Source: an uncultured Acidobacteriota bacterium (GTDB lineage Bacteria > Acidobacteriota > Thermoanaerobaculia > Multivoradales > JAHEKO01). Taken from it: 64,000 nt of DNA. Each line of letters starts with the position of its first letter. The first letter of the stretch is position 1. Shown piece after piece: positions 43,183 through 53,278 of the stretch. The notes under the pieces were generated by a model, which searched no databases, was not told the origin of the DNA, and saw nothing but the letters and a program-made list of their open reading frames with translations. Made by a program: the position numbers and the translations under genes. The stretch is taken from NCBI GenBank assembly GCA_963713825.1, contig CAVQNG010000003.1, positions 1,152,001 to 1,216,000 of the forward strand. The letters run 5' to 3'.

Positions 43183-45297
43183 ATGAGGAACTTTCGGCGT
43201 ACCGCCACCGGCATTCTGCTGCTGGTCTGCCTGGCAAGTCTGGGGCTGACCCTGTTCGGCCTCTTTCGGTACCTCGGCTACGAGCGCGGCATTGTCGAGC
43301 CTTTGAAGCAGGACTTGATCCGCCGCACACGCGAGGCGGCCAGCCGAATCGAGGCCGCCCTGACACCGGCGCGGGAAGCCGCTGAGTCGATGGCGGCTCG
43401 CCTCGATGCCATCGTCGATCCGAACGAGGAGCAGCTCGTCGAGCTCCTACGAGAAGCAGTGCTCAGCGATGAGTCCTGCTATGGAGGCGCCATCGCCTTC
43501 GAGCCCAACCGATTCGACCCAGAGCGACGGCTGTACGCACCGTACCTGGCGCGGAAGAACGGTGAGATGACCTTCCTGCGCATCGAGGAGACCTACGACT
43601 ACACCGACCCGAGTCAGGAGTGGTACGTCAAAGCCCTGGCCGAGGGCCCGCGGTGGTCCGAACCGTACTTCGATACGTCGGTCGGCGACGTGTTGATGAC
43701 TACCTACTCTTCGGTGTTCCATGACGAGGGCGTACCCCAAGGAGTCGTCACCATCGATGTCTCGATGGACGCCATCCGCAAGATCGTTCGCTCGCTGGAT
43801 CTGGGGGGAATCGGTTATGCCTTGCTGCTCTCGGATCAGGGACGGTTCTTGTACCACCCCAACGAGGATCTCGTTCTGTCTGGAGCCAATGTTCTCGAAG
43901 TCACCGAGCGATCCGGCGATGCAGAGCTCCATGAGCTAGCCACCAAGATCCTCGGGGGCGGCAGTGGAATCGACGATCACACGGGCCCGTTGACCGGCCT
44001 CGATACCTGGTTCGTCTACGAGCCGGTTACGACGACCGGCTGGTCCCTCGTCGGGGCCTACGTCAAGAACGACGCTCCCGTCGATACCGCAGTCTTGCGT
44101 CACTGGCAGATCAAGATTGGAGCAACGCTCCTAGTTTTCCTCGCCACCGCCGTAGCACTCGTGCTCAACGTTCTCGCCGGCGATCGGCGGCGCCTATGGG
44201 CTTTCTCGATCAGCGTCTCGTTTCTGCTCGTGGCTGGCATCGGCTTCACCTGGCGCGCTGCCCTCCGGTACGACTCCGACGAGAATGTCGAAGGCCGCAT
44301 CGTCACCGACATGGCGGGCCTGATGTCGTTCGAGCAGACGATCACGGATCAGTCCCACGAGCGTCTGACCGAGCCTGCGGTATTCATCCCTACAGGAGTG
44401 CTCATCGAATCATTGCGCTTCGATGGCGGCACGGATATCGACGTCCGTGGGTATATCTGGCAGAAGTACGATCTCGAAGAGCATTCACAGATCGATCGTG
44501 GAATCGCTCTGGCCGGAGTTCAGGAGCAACGCATTGGCGAGCCGCAAGTCGAGAGACTTTCCGGAAGAGAGGTTGTCCGGTGGTCTTTCGAGGCTGCCCA
44601 GCGAGTGAGGTTCGAGAACGCCAAGTACCCTCTGATGCGCGAGCGATTCGCACTGCGAGTGGTGCCGCGAGCGCTGTCGAGCAACGTTCTGCTGGTCCCT
44701 GACCTGGAGGCTTACCCATTCTTGAGCCCGACAACTCGGCCGGGACTCGATGAGAACGTCTTTCTCCCAGGTTGGGAGATCACTCGCACGTTCTTCGAGC
44801 TGCGGGAACGGACACCAGCCACCAACTACGGTCTCGGGAGCTCCGCCTCGAGGGAGAACTTCCCCTCGCTCTATTTCAATATCGAGGTCCGTAAGGAGTT
44901 CAGCGACACGTTTGTATCGAATCTCGTGCCCTTGATCATCGTAGGGCTCGTGATCTTCCTGGTGCTCTTGATCAATGAGCGGGAAGAGGAGCGCATCCTC
45001 CTCATGAGGACCGGTCCGGGCTTCAATCTGAGCATTGCCGGCACGCTGCTATTCGTGGCGGTGTTCTCGCATATCGGCGCGCGGCAGAAGATCGCCGCCC
45101 AGGAGATCATCTACCTGGAGTACTTCTACATCGTCATGTACTTCGCGTTGCTGTGGGTGGCGGTGAATTCGATCCTCTACGTGCGCTGGCCGGAGTCGAA
45201 GTTCATCCAGTACGAGCAGAACCTCCTCCCCAAGGTCCTCTTCTGGCCCGTGACCCTCGGCGCGCTGTGGTTGGTGACCCTCTTCACGTTCTACTAA
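43183..45297 (+). CDS. Cache-domain protein fused to a pentameric ligand-gated ion channel-like domain
   Basis: dCache 'WY......PRWSEPYFD'; then 'GYIWQKY', Pro-loop-like 'FENAKYPL', 'LPGWEI' and four C-terminal TM helices. Confidence 0.7.
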   Translation: MRNFRRTATGILLLVCLASLGLTLFGLFRYLGYERGIVEPLKQDLIRRTREAASRIEAALTPAREAAESMAARLDAIVDPNEEQLVELLREAVLSDESCYGGAIAFEPNRFDPERRLYAPYLARKNGEMTFLRIEETYDYTDPSQEWYVKALAEGPRWSEPYFDTSVGDVLMTTYSSVFHDEGVPQGVVTIDVSMDAIRKIVRSLDLGGIGYALLLSDQGRFLYHPNEDLVLSGANVLEVTERSGDAELHELATKILGGGSGIDDHTGPLTGLDTWFVYEPVTTTGWSLVGAYVKNDAPVDTAVLRHWQIKIGATLLVFLATAVALVLNVLAGDRRRLWAFSISVSFLLVAGIGFTWRAALRYDSDENVEGRIVTDMAGLMSFEQTITDQSHERLTEPAVFIPTGVLIESLRFDGGTDIDVRGYIWQKYDLEEHSQIDRGIALAGVQEQRIGEPQVERLSGREVVRWSFEAAQRVRFENAKYPLMRERFALRVVPRALSSNVLLVPDLEAYPFLSPTTRPGLDENVFLPGWEITRTFFELRERTPATNYGLGSSASRENFPSLYFNIEVRKEFSDTFVSNLVPLIIVGLVIFLVLLINEREEERILLMRTGPGFNLSIAGTLLFVAVFSHIGARQKIAAQEIIYLEYFYIVMYFALLWVAVNSILYVRWPESKFIQYEQNLLPKVLFWPVTLGALWLVTLFTFY

Positions 45298-45309
45298 AAA
45301 GAGGTATCT

Positions 45310-46548
45310 ATGCAGGATTCGCTGACAATGAGTGGAAAGGGATGGCTGCGGTTGCTCAGCTTCCTGTTCGGTATCGGGATGGTCGTCTTTTCGGCGCTCA
45401 CGATCGAGCACTACTACGCCGCCAACTACCCGACGTCGATCTTCGAAGGCTCGTTCTGCGACATCAGCGCTTTCTTCAATTGCGATAGCTCGGCCTACAG
45501 CGAGATCTCCGCGATCGGCGGCGTGCCGCTGGGTTTCTTCGGCTTGTTCATTGGGGCCCTGGTGGCGTTGGGCGCGGTGTTCCCCTCTGCAGCATTCGAG
45601 AGAACCAACAAGATGATCTCGCTGGTGAATGCGATCGGCGTGGTCGTGCTGCTGCTCTACTCGGTAATCGGACTGGGGAGTCTCTGCCTGCTGTGTAGCG
45701 GTTTCTACCTCTTCTCGCTCGCCAGTTGCTTCCTCTTCTGGAAATTCGGCATCGATAGAGACAAGGGCTTTCTGGCCAGTTGGTTCAGTCCATCGATCAA
45801 GCATCTGGTGACCTACGGGGTTGTGGTTCTCGTTGGCTCCTGGGGTTTCACGCTCTATTCGGGTGCCAGGCAGGACGCGCAATCGGGAGGCGTTGCGGCG
45901 CGAGCCATCAACGAGTTCTACAACCTCGAGGTCGTGGAGTGGCCCAGCTTCATCTCACCGTTCTGGACTGCCAAGGCGACCGAGAAGTTCGAGGATGCTC
46001 CGATCCGGATTGTGGAGTATGGCGACCTGCTTTGTTCGGACTGTCTGTATCTCCACGAGCAACTGAAGCGGCTGAAGACGGAGTTCGAAGGCCAGATCAA
46101 CATCGCGTTTCAGCTCTTCCCTCTCGAAGCCAAGTGCAACGACGTGGTGGAGAAGGACTTGCACCCCGGCGCTTGCGACATGTCCTACGCTGCCGCTTAC
46201 GACCCCGACAAGTTCCAGGCAATCCACGACGAGATCTTCGGCAACTTCCAGCAGGCACGCAGACAGGAGGAGTGGCGCGCGGCGCTACCAGGGCGGTTCG
46301 GTGTCGAGGCGGGGCTGACGGACCCGGCGACGATCGCCCTGGTCGACCGCATGATCCAGACCGGCAGGGAATACGAGAAGACAGACGAACGCTTCGCCCA
46401 CGGCATCCGATCGACACCGACGATGATCGTCAACAACCGGATGATCATCGGGACCCTGCCGTACGAGCAATTGCAGGCCATCTTCCAGGCCCTGGTCGAC
46501 GAGCACGAAGCCGGCGACCACCGCTTCATAGAGAGCTGGGTGGAGTAA
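45310..46548 (+). CDS. VKOR domain fused to a DsbA-like thioredoxin domain
   Basis: Loop cysteines 'FCDISAFFNCD', active site 'LCLLC'; thioredoxin 'CSDC' and cis-Pro 'STPT'. Confidence 0.85.
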   Translation: MQDSLTMSGKGWLRLLSFLFGIGMVVFSALTIEHYYAANYPTSIFEGSFCDISAFFNCDSSAYSEISAIGGVPLGFFGLFIGALVALGAVFPSAAFERTNKMISLVNAIGVVVLLLYSVIGLGSLCLLCSGFYLFSLASCFLFWKFGIDRDKGFLASWFSPSIKHLVTYGVVVLVGSWGFTLYSGARQDAQSGGVAARAINEFYNLEVVEWPSFISPFWTAKATEKFEDAPIRIVEYGDLLCSDCLYLHEQLKRLKTEFEGQINIAFQLFPLEAKCNDVVEKDLHPGACDMSYAAAYDPDKFQAIHDEIFGNFQQARRQEEWRAALPGRFGVEAGLTDPATIALVDRMIQTGREYEKTDERFAHGIRSTPTMIVNNRMIIGTLPYEQLQAIFQALVDEHEAGDHRFIESWVE

Positions 46549-46653
46549 CGGGGTCCGAACTTGTCCTGGCAGCGCTCATAGCCTGGTGTCAGTGGGTGGC
46601 TCGTGACGACGCCGATCTGAGGCGGTAAGCCGGCTGGGGAACGCGGGTACGTG

Positions 46654-48081
46654 TCAGTCGACGTAACCAAGGGCTCTGAGAGCCTCGACGTCGAACTCGA
46701 CCTTTTCCACAGCCTCGGGACTCGTCGCAGGGTCGATTGCTTGGCCCAGCTCACTGGCCATCGACTCCGCAATCTCGGGGTGGAGGGCCGCCAGGTTCTC
46801 GAGCTCGTCCGGATCTTGCTCGAGGTTGAAGAGCAACTGGACATCCCTCTGGCCTTCGTAGTTCGACCTGATGTCGATCAGCTTGAAGGGGCCGATCCGA
46901 AGCGCTGCAGCGACGGCCCGCTCTTCCCAGCGAGTCTCGAGGAGTATCGGCCTGAGGTTGGAAGGGGGGCGCGACGTATCGCTTTCTAGAAACGGCAATA
47001 GCGAGGTGCCATGCAAACCCTCTGGGTGGTCAAGATCCAGCGTCTCGAGGATCGTCGGATAGATGTCGATCAACGAGACTGGATAGTCGACGGTCGCTGC
47101 CGTGGTCTGGCCAGGGAGCTTGATCCATAGTGGCACGCGCACGACCTCCTCGTAGAGGGAGTAAGCATGGCTGAAGCCACCGTGGTCGAATAGCTCCTCG
47201 CCGTGGTCTGACGTCACGATGATCAACGAATTTTCGTAGAGGTTTCGTGAGCGCAGCATCTCCAGCAGCTCACCGACGGTATCCAAGCTGTAGCGGACTG
47301 CGGTGTCGTACTGGTCGGTCAGACTCTGGACAAACTTCGGCGTAACCTCGGATCGGGCAGCGACGTCGCCGCGTCTGACGATCGATTGCATGAGATCGCC
47401 CTGGTAGCGGAACTCCCGGTCTGGTTTGCGCCCCAGAAGCTCAGCTTGGTGTTCTTCCGGCACATTGTAGGGGCCGTGGCAATTCATTGGCTGGAAGTAC
47501 AGAAACCAGGGTGTGGACCCCCGGTCAGGTCCGGCGAGCCAGCTGTCGACCACAGTCAGCATGTCGGCCACGTCGGGATATGCGAGGACGTGACCGTCGT
47601 GGCCGACGAAGTAGTCGAAGCCCTGGTGGTAGCCGGACTTTCCGCTGATGAACAGGTTGCCACTGAACGCAGCGCTCGTCCAACCTGCCTGCGAGACCCT
47701 CTCGGCAATGGTCTCGAACTCGGATGAGAGCACAGCGCCCTGAACGACCACCCGGTGGGAGGAGGGCATCAGTCCTGTGAATAGAGAAGCCACACTGGGC
47801 TGAGTCCAGGAAGATGTGGAATAGGCCCGGGTGAAGATGGTGGAGTGGGACGCGAACTCGGCCAGGCCGGGGCTTGTCTCACGTTTGTATCCGTACTGAG
47901 TCAAGTGATCGGCACGCAGGGTGTCGACGACAATCAAGATGACATTCGGCTCCTGGGGCTTGGTATCGGTGGTGCAGCCAACGGCCAGGAGGCAGGCAAG
48001 GAGAAGAGTCGATCTGGGTAAGCGCGGCCTGCGAAGTGAGAAAGATGGTTCCATGAGGAGGCCCAAATCATAGCGGATCAT
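46654..48081 (-). CDS. Sulfatase-like hydrolase (alkaline phosphatase superfamily), predicted lipoprotein
   Basis: 'VVDTLRADH', 'SWTQPSVASLFTG', 'TSDHGEE', 'DPDELENL'; lipobox 'LAVGC'. Confidence 0.85.
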   Translation of the reverse strand: MIRYDLGLLMEPSFSLRRPRLPRSTLLLACLLAVGCTTDTKPQEPNVILIVVDTLRADHLTQYGYKRETSPGLAEFASHSTIFTRAYSTSSWTQPSVASLFTGLMPSSHRVVVQGAVLSSEFETIAERVSQAGWTSAAFSGNLFISGKSGYHQGFDYFVGHDGHVLAYPDVADMLTVVDSWLAGPDRGSTPWFLYFQPMNCHGPYNVPEEHQAELLGRKPDREFRYQGDLMQSIVRRGDVAARSEVTPKFVQSLTDQYDTAVRYSLDTVGELLEMLRSRNLYENSLIIVTSDHGEELFDHGGFSHAYSLYEEVVRVPLWIKLPGQTTAATVDYPVSLIDIYPTILETLDLDHPEGLHGTSLLPFLESDTSRPPSNLRPILLETRWEERAVAAALRIGPFKLIDIRSNYEGQRDVQLLFNLEQDPDELENLAALHPEIAESMASELGQAIDPATSPEAVEKVEFDVEALRALGYVD

Positions 48082-48152
48082 TCGTTTGCCAACCTTGCGT
48101 TTCGATCGGTTGTCGCTGGGCGGTCTCGAAGCCCGACTGGCTCGCAACCTCA

Positions 48153-51100
48153 CTAGGGGACCGTGACGGACCAAGCACTCGTGTCTCCCGACTCGAAGCC
48201 TTCACCGAAGATGACATGAGGGTTGGCCAGCGGTAGGGCCTGGATCTCTCCGGCAGAAAGGGCGCGGTCGTAGATTCGAACCTCGTCCAGGAGTCCGTCC
48301 CAGGGACGAGCCGAGCCTTCGGGAGGGTTACCGCCAATCCAGACCGAGACGCCACTGTTGGTAGATAGGCTGCCGGACTTGCCGGTGCTGCCGACCTGCG
48401 TGCCGTTGAGATAGAGCAACATGTCGGCGCCGTCGTACACCGCGGCGGCGTGGACCCAGGTGTTCTCGGGCAGATTGCCGCTGGAGGCGATGAGTGTCGA
48501 GGTGGTGCCGTCGGTTTTGAGGCGAAAGCGCAGTCGCGTGTTGGCGCCGCTCTCGATGGTGCTCAGCATGAAGAAGTGGTCGGTTTCCGCGGTACCGGTG
48601 GTCTTGGAAAGGATGCGGCAGTCGTTGGCCACGCAGTTGGCCAGGTCCCTGGAGTAGATCCAGGCCGCCAAGGTCAGCGCGCTGCCGGTGACATCCAGGG
48701 TGCCGACATCCACGTAGTCGTTCTCTCCATCGAAGTCGAGACTCGGACCACCGATCCACTGGGGCCCATTGACCAGTGTGCCGGAGTTGCCATGCCCGGA
48801 GGCGTCGAAGGTCACCGTGCCCGACCCTTCGTCCAGAGGCCAGTAGGCGACGAGCCCATGGGAATCCTGGACGAAGATGAACGTCGCCTGGGAGTCGGGA
48901 GCGATCGCATTGCCGCCCAAGTCCTCGACGTCGTTGACGGTCAGCAGATACTGGGTGCTCTCAGAGAGTGTGGAGGTCGTGAGCGTCACCGTCTGACGCC
49001 CTGCATCGAGGGTGGCATCCGTGACGCTGACTCCGTGCGAGATCGTGTAGTTGGCGCCGCTCTCGGCGGTGACGGGGTCCAGATCCTCACTGAACTCGAT
49101 AACGACCTGCGTGGCATCGCCTAGGGCGATCACCGAATCGATCACCGGCGGCGTCAGATCGATATCGCCGCCGCCGATCGCAAGGTTCTCGTAGATTGTC
49201 AGACTTCGCTTCGACCAGCCGATGGAGAGGATGTCGAGATCACCGTCCAGGTCCATGTCCACGAGTTGGGTGCCGTCGTGATGATCGATCAACGCGGAGT
49301 CGCCAGGATCGACGGTGTGCGTGATCCATGAGGCCCCCTGGCCGTTGTTCTCGTAGACATACACCTCGCCACTGCCCTGGTGCGCTCCGCCCACCACGTC
49401 GATGTCGCCGTCGCGGTCGATATCCGCCGCATCGACACTGAAGTAGTCGACGTCGGTGGCGATGACTCGCTCGGTCCAGGTCTGGCCGTCGTCAGCGCTC
49501 TCGCCCCAGACCAAACGCTGTCCGAATTCGACTCCAATGACCACATCCAGATCACCCTCGCCATCGATGTCGGCCAGCACCACCCGATCGGGCACGCCGC
49601 CGCTCACGGTCACACCGCTCTGGGTGGAGAAGGTGCCGTTGCTCTCCTGGCGCAGCCAATCGGACCCCAGGTGGATGTCGGTATCGCCATCGCCGTCGAT
49701 ATCGCCGACGGGAACCTGCTCCTGGTTGGTGGTGGCACTGATCGAGGTCAGGGGCCAATTGGCGACGGCCGGGTCGCTGGGGACAGTGAACATCGAAGTT
49801 CCAGAGGCTCCGTTATGCCAGGAAAGGACGACTTCTTCGTCGCCTCCGGCGATCACCTGGTCGACGCTGACGCCCTGCAGGAAGTCGCCCCCGGTGGGCG
49901 CGTTGGTGATGCTGCGAATCGTGAATAGACCGGCGCCGTCGTTCTGTGCCCAGGAGAAGCCCTCTCCGGACACCTGCCCATCGGTACCCAGGACATCCAG
50001 ATCTCCATCGCCGTCGAAGTCATGGACGGCGGCCATGTTGTGAAGGGGAGCCCCGAGGGTTCTACGGGACCACGAGCTGTTCAAATCACCCGGATTCGGG
50101 TACCACCACCCACCGGTGACGAGGTCAGGCAAGCCGTCACCATTCAGATCGCCACCCTCGACGAAGACGGCTTGCCAGGGCAGCGACGTTTCGAGGATGT
50201 GGCGCTTCCAGCCGTCGAGGGACAGCGGACCGCTCTGGTTCTCCCACATCTCGATGACCGCCGAGTTCGGTGCGCTGTCATTCCAATTGGCACCGTAGAT
50301 ATCGATGTCCAGGTCATTGCCAATGTCGCCGACTCGCAGGTTGTGGGAGCCCGTGGTGGCGACCACGACCTGCGACCAGGTCAAGCCATCTCCTTCGTTG
50401 AGGTAGACGCTGACTTCATCGGGATTCGAGGATTGGTGCATTTCGGCCGTTACCAGGTCGAGGTCGCCGTCCCGGTCCATGTCCGCGGCCTTGAAGGTGT
50501 GGAAGTAGGACACCGCTGGATCGATGCTGTGTTCAGTCCAGGGTCCGTTGACCGGGTCCGAGGTCTCGTACCAGGAGAATCGGCCCGAGCTCTCCGAAGG
50601 AGCCAGCACCACATCGAGGTCACCGTCGTCGTTGATGTCCACCGCCAGGACACCGACGTCGTCCGACCAATTGTTGTCGATGGTGTGCTCGACCCAGGTC
50701 GCGAGGTCGACCTGCTCGACCCAGAAGCCGTTGTGAACCACATCGAGGTCGTCGTCCTCATCGAGATCGGCCAGAGCGGTGCCCTCACCGTCTGTGGTGC
50801 TGACCGTGATTCGCGACCAGGAGGTGGGCATCTCTTGCCGCCAAAGATAAGTCAGGCCGTCGGACTTCTTGCGGGTTACCACGTCCAGTGCGCCATCTCC
50901 GTCCACGTCGCCGATCTCGACGTCGTGGTTGTTGGCGCCGGCCGACCCGATCAGATGGACGCTCCAGGGCGAAGTCCGGGGGTCTCCCCCCGGTCGGGGG
51001 TTCTCGTACCACTCCAGTCCGTTGGAGTCGGGGATGACGACGTCCAGATCCCCGTCGTTGTCGATATCGGCCACTTGCATGTCGGTGGTCCAGGAGCCAC

Positions 51101-51377
51101 TGGCGCGGATGGGATGCTCGGTCCAGCCGGGATACTCGTACCAGAACAGGCCGCCACCGGAGGAGCTGGCCGCGAGGGCATCGAGGAGCCCGTCGCCGTC
51201 GATGTCACCCAGGGCCTTACAGTGGGGATCGCTCGGATTGGTCGCGTCGATGACGACGTGCTGGAAGGTGGGCGGCTGTGCCGTGAGGGGGCAGGCGACT
51301 ACCAGAGCGGTGGCCACCGCCAAGCCACGTATCGAGCTCGGGGTCATTGTGAGGATGGTGCCGTTCATGGCTGTCAT
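48153..51377 (-). CDS. Secreted FG-GAP/VCBS-repeat protein with Ig-like and LamG domains
   Basis: Many DxDxDGxxD repeats; LamG 'VAYWPLDE...WVHAAAVYDG...LDEVRIYDRALS'; GFESGD tail; start at MTAMN inferred. Confidence 0.85.
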   Translation of the reverse strand: MTAMNGTILTMTPSSIRGLAVATALVVACPLTAQPPTFQHVVIDATNPSDPHCKALGDIDGDGLLDALAASSSGGGLFWYEYPGWTEHPIRASGSWTTDMQVADIDNDGDLDVVIPDSNGLEWYENPRPGGDPRTSPWSVHLIGSAGANNHDVEIGDVDGDGALDVVTRKKSDGLTYLWRQEMPTSWSRITVSTTDGEGTALADLDEDDDLDVVHNGFWVEQVDLATWVEHTIDNNWSDDVGVLAVDINDDGDLDVVLAPSESSGRFSWYETSDPVNGPWTEHSIDPAVSYFHTFKAADMDRDGDLDLVTAEMHQSSNPDEVSVYLNEGDGLTWSQVVVATTGSHNLRVGDIGNDLDIDIYGANWNDSAPNSAVIEMWENQSGPLSLDGWKRHILETSLPWQAVFVEGGDLNGDGLPDLVTGGWWYPNPGDLNSSWSRRTLGAPLHNMAAVHDFDGDGDLDVLGTDGQVSGEGFSWAQNDGAGLFTIRSITNAPTGGDFLQGVSVDQVIAGGDEEVVLSWHNGASGTSMFTVPSDPAVANWPLTSISATTNQEQVPVGDIDGDGDTDIHLGSDWLRQESNGTFSTQSGVTVSGGVPDRVVLADIDGEGDLDVVIGVEFGQRLVWGESADDGQTWTERVIATDVDYFSVDAADIDRDGDIDVVGGAHQGSGEVYVYENNGQGASWITHTVDPGDSALIDHHDGTQLVDMDLDGDLDILSIGWSKRSLTIYENLAIGGGDIDLTPPVIDSVIALGDATQVVIEFSEDLDPVTAESGANYTISHGVSVTDATLDAGRQTVTLTTSTLSESTQYLLTVNDVEDLGGNAIAPDSQATFIFVQDSHGLVAYWPLDEGSGTVTFDASGHGNSGTLVNGPQWIGGPSLDFDGENDYVDVGTLDVTGSALTLAAWIYSRDLANCVANDCRILSKTTGTAETDHFFMLSTIESGANTRLRFRLKTDGTTSTLIASSGNLPENTWVHAAAVYDGADMLLYLNGTQVGSTGKSGSLSTNSGVSVWIGGNPPEGSARPWDGLLDEVRIYDRALSAGEIQALPLANPHVIFGEGFESGDTSAWSVTVP

Positions 51378-51388
51378 AGGACTGTCTT

Positions 51389-52753
51389 TCAGGGCAGGCT
51401 GGCAGACCATTGGGAAAGGTCCCCGGACTCGAAGCCCTCGAGGAAGATCAGGAGAAGCTCTTTGAACTCCTCTGCCAGAGTCCAGCCAGGATTTCCGTCC
51501 GCCTGCCAGAGGTATGCTCCCACATCGGCGGCACCACCTCGCTGCCGCCCATTGAAGTCGTCTGTAGCCAGGTAGAGCGGGCTGGCGGATCCCACCAGTT
51601 GAGAGACGGTTGCCGGAAACGCATCCTGGGGCAAATCTCCCGAGTAGCTTGCCGCTGAGAGGTCGAGATCGATGTCGCCCGAGGCGTCGAAACCGGTGCT
51701 GACCCCCGTCAAGCCTCCACTTCCGACATTTGCGACCACGGTCAGCTTCGAAGTGTCGCCCGAGACGCGAATGGCATCTCCACTCTGGGCAAAGAGCGCA
51801 TTGTTGGCGATGACCACCGAGCCCGCGATGCTGCTGCTTCTGACCGCCGAGTTGGCAGGGGCCAGAACGGTGTTGTGGGTGATCAGGAGATTCGATGGCA
51901 CTCCGTTTTGGTGCGGCTGGTTGCGAATGCCGTCCTGCGCCGCCCCCAGGATGATGTTGTTGCGGATCACGGCATCGGCGGCCGACTGGATCGCGTGGTC
52001 GCCGCAGCCCCACATGAGATTGCGTTCGAGGATGTTGGGTCCGCCGTTGCCAACGGTGGAGTAGGTGAGAATGCAGGGATAGTTGGTGTCGTGGATCACG
52101 TTGTCGCGGACGATGTTGTTGTAGCTGCCCTCTTTGATTTCGATGCCATCGCCCTGGGAAACGCCCGCACCGTTGGTGTGATGGATGTAGTTACCCTCGA
52201 TCAGGCTGTCGAACATGCGGCAGTCGTCGTAGTTGCAGCCCAGATACATCCCTTCGCCGGTGTTGTCGGTGTCGTGAATGTGATTGCGGCGCAGCACCAG
52301 GCCTTCATAGGAGCTGCCGGGAACATTGGCGGACAGTGCCACGTCGTTGGTGCCGTGGATGTGGCAGTCCTCCACGGTGATGAAGTCGGAATGCGAGATC
52401 CTGATGCCGTGCGAGCCGCCGGTCACCTCGAGACCCCGCAGCGTCACAAAGGCACTGGACTCGACATTGATGACGTTTTGCGCTGCACTTGGATAGACGA
52501 TCACCGGTGTGTCGCCGTCCTTGGCTCGGATCAGGATGGGCGACCCGGCTGTGCCGACCCGCTGAATGCTGAACCGCGAACCGAGAGTGTAGGTGCCTCC
52601 GAGCAGAACCAGCTCATCTCCGGGCTGCAGAGCGTTGACGGCTGACTGGAGGTTGTCTCCGGGGCCGATCTCTGTGGTCACTGCCCCGACCGGCATGGCC
52701 AGAGCAAGAGTCAGGAGAAGCCCGGTGCAGACAGAGACCCTTCGGAAGCTCAT
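51389..52753 (-). CDS. Secreted right-handed parallel beta-helix protein
   Basis: 'LQPGDELVLLGGTY', repeated 'N.IH.T' strands, 'ADVGAY'; FESGD tail. Confidence 0.85.
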   Translation of the reverse strand: MSFRRVSVCTGLLLTLALAMPVGAVTTEIGPGDNLQSAVNALQPGDELVLLGGTYTLGSRFSIQRVGTAGSPILIRAKDGDTPVIVYPSAAQNVINVESSAFVTLRGLEVTGGSHGIRISHSDFITVEDCHIHGTNDVALSANVPGSSYEGLVLRRNHIHDTDNTGEGMYLGCNYDDCRMFDSLIEGNYIHHTNGAGVSQGDGIEIKEGSYNNIVRDNVIHDTNYPCILTYSTVGNGGPNILERNLMWGCGDHAIQSAADAVIRNNIILGAAQDGIRNQPHQNGVPSNLLITHNTVLAPANSAVRSSSIAGSVVIANNALFAQSGDAIRVSGDTSKLTVVANVGSGGLTGVSTGFDASGDIDLDLSAASYSGDLPQDAFPATVSQLVGSASPLYLATDDFNGRQRGGAADVGAYLWQADGNPGWTLAEEFKELLLIFLEGFESGDLSQWSASLP

Positions 52754-52829
52754 GACCCTCCAAGCTAGAGAGGTGACCGGAGACCCGATATGGAGTTCGT
52801 AACACACCCGCATATACTCACGAAGCTCG

Positions 52830-53237
52830 ATGACGGATCCGCCAGACATCAACTCGTCCGAAGCTCTCACGCGAGGTGTGCGAGTCCAGGTGCGATCACA
52901 GTTCGATCCGACCCGCTCGGAACCGAGCGCAGGTCAGTGGTTCTTCCTCTACACGGTGACGATCGAAAACCTCGCAGAGGAGACGGTTCAGCTGCTAACG
53001 CGGCACTGGATCATTACGGATGGTAATGGTCACGTGGAAGAAGTCCGTGGCCCAGGGGTCGTTGGTGAGCAACCCATACTGGCGCCCGGCGAGGCCTTCG
53101 AGTACACGTCCGGTTGCCCGCTGACGACCGAAGTGGGCAAGATGGAAGGCACCTACCAGATGATCACGAACTCAGGCGAGCAGTTCGATGCTGCAATCGC
53201 GCCCTTCACACTCGCCACGCCGGGCCCGGTACACTGA
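52830..53237 (+). CDS. apaG: ApaG protein
   Basis: 'QLLTRHWIITDG...GPGVVGEQP...FEYTSGCPL.T..G.MEG.Y'. Confidence 0.95.
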   Translation: MTDPPDINSSEALTRGVRVQVRSQFDPTRSEPSAGQWFFLYTVTIENLAEETVQLLTRHWIITDGNGHVEEVRGPGVVGEQPILAPGEAFEYTSGCPLTTEVGKMEGTYQMITNSGEQFDAAIAPFTLATPGPVH

Positions 53238-53278
53238 GGCGTGACCCGTGGGGTTATGGCTGGAGAACGGGTAGTGGC

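Noticed and set aside
48153-52013. 1286-aa ORF as listed in the track
   Set aside because: Its first ~210 codons overlap the beta-helix gene in another frame; the plausible start with a signal peptide is near 51377
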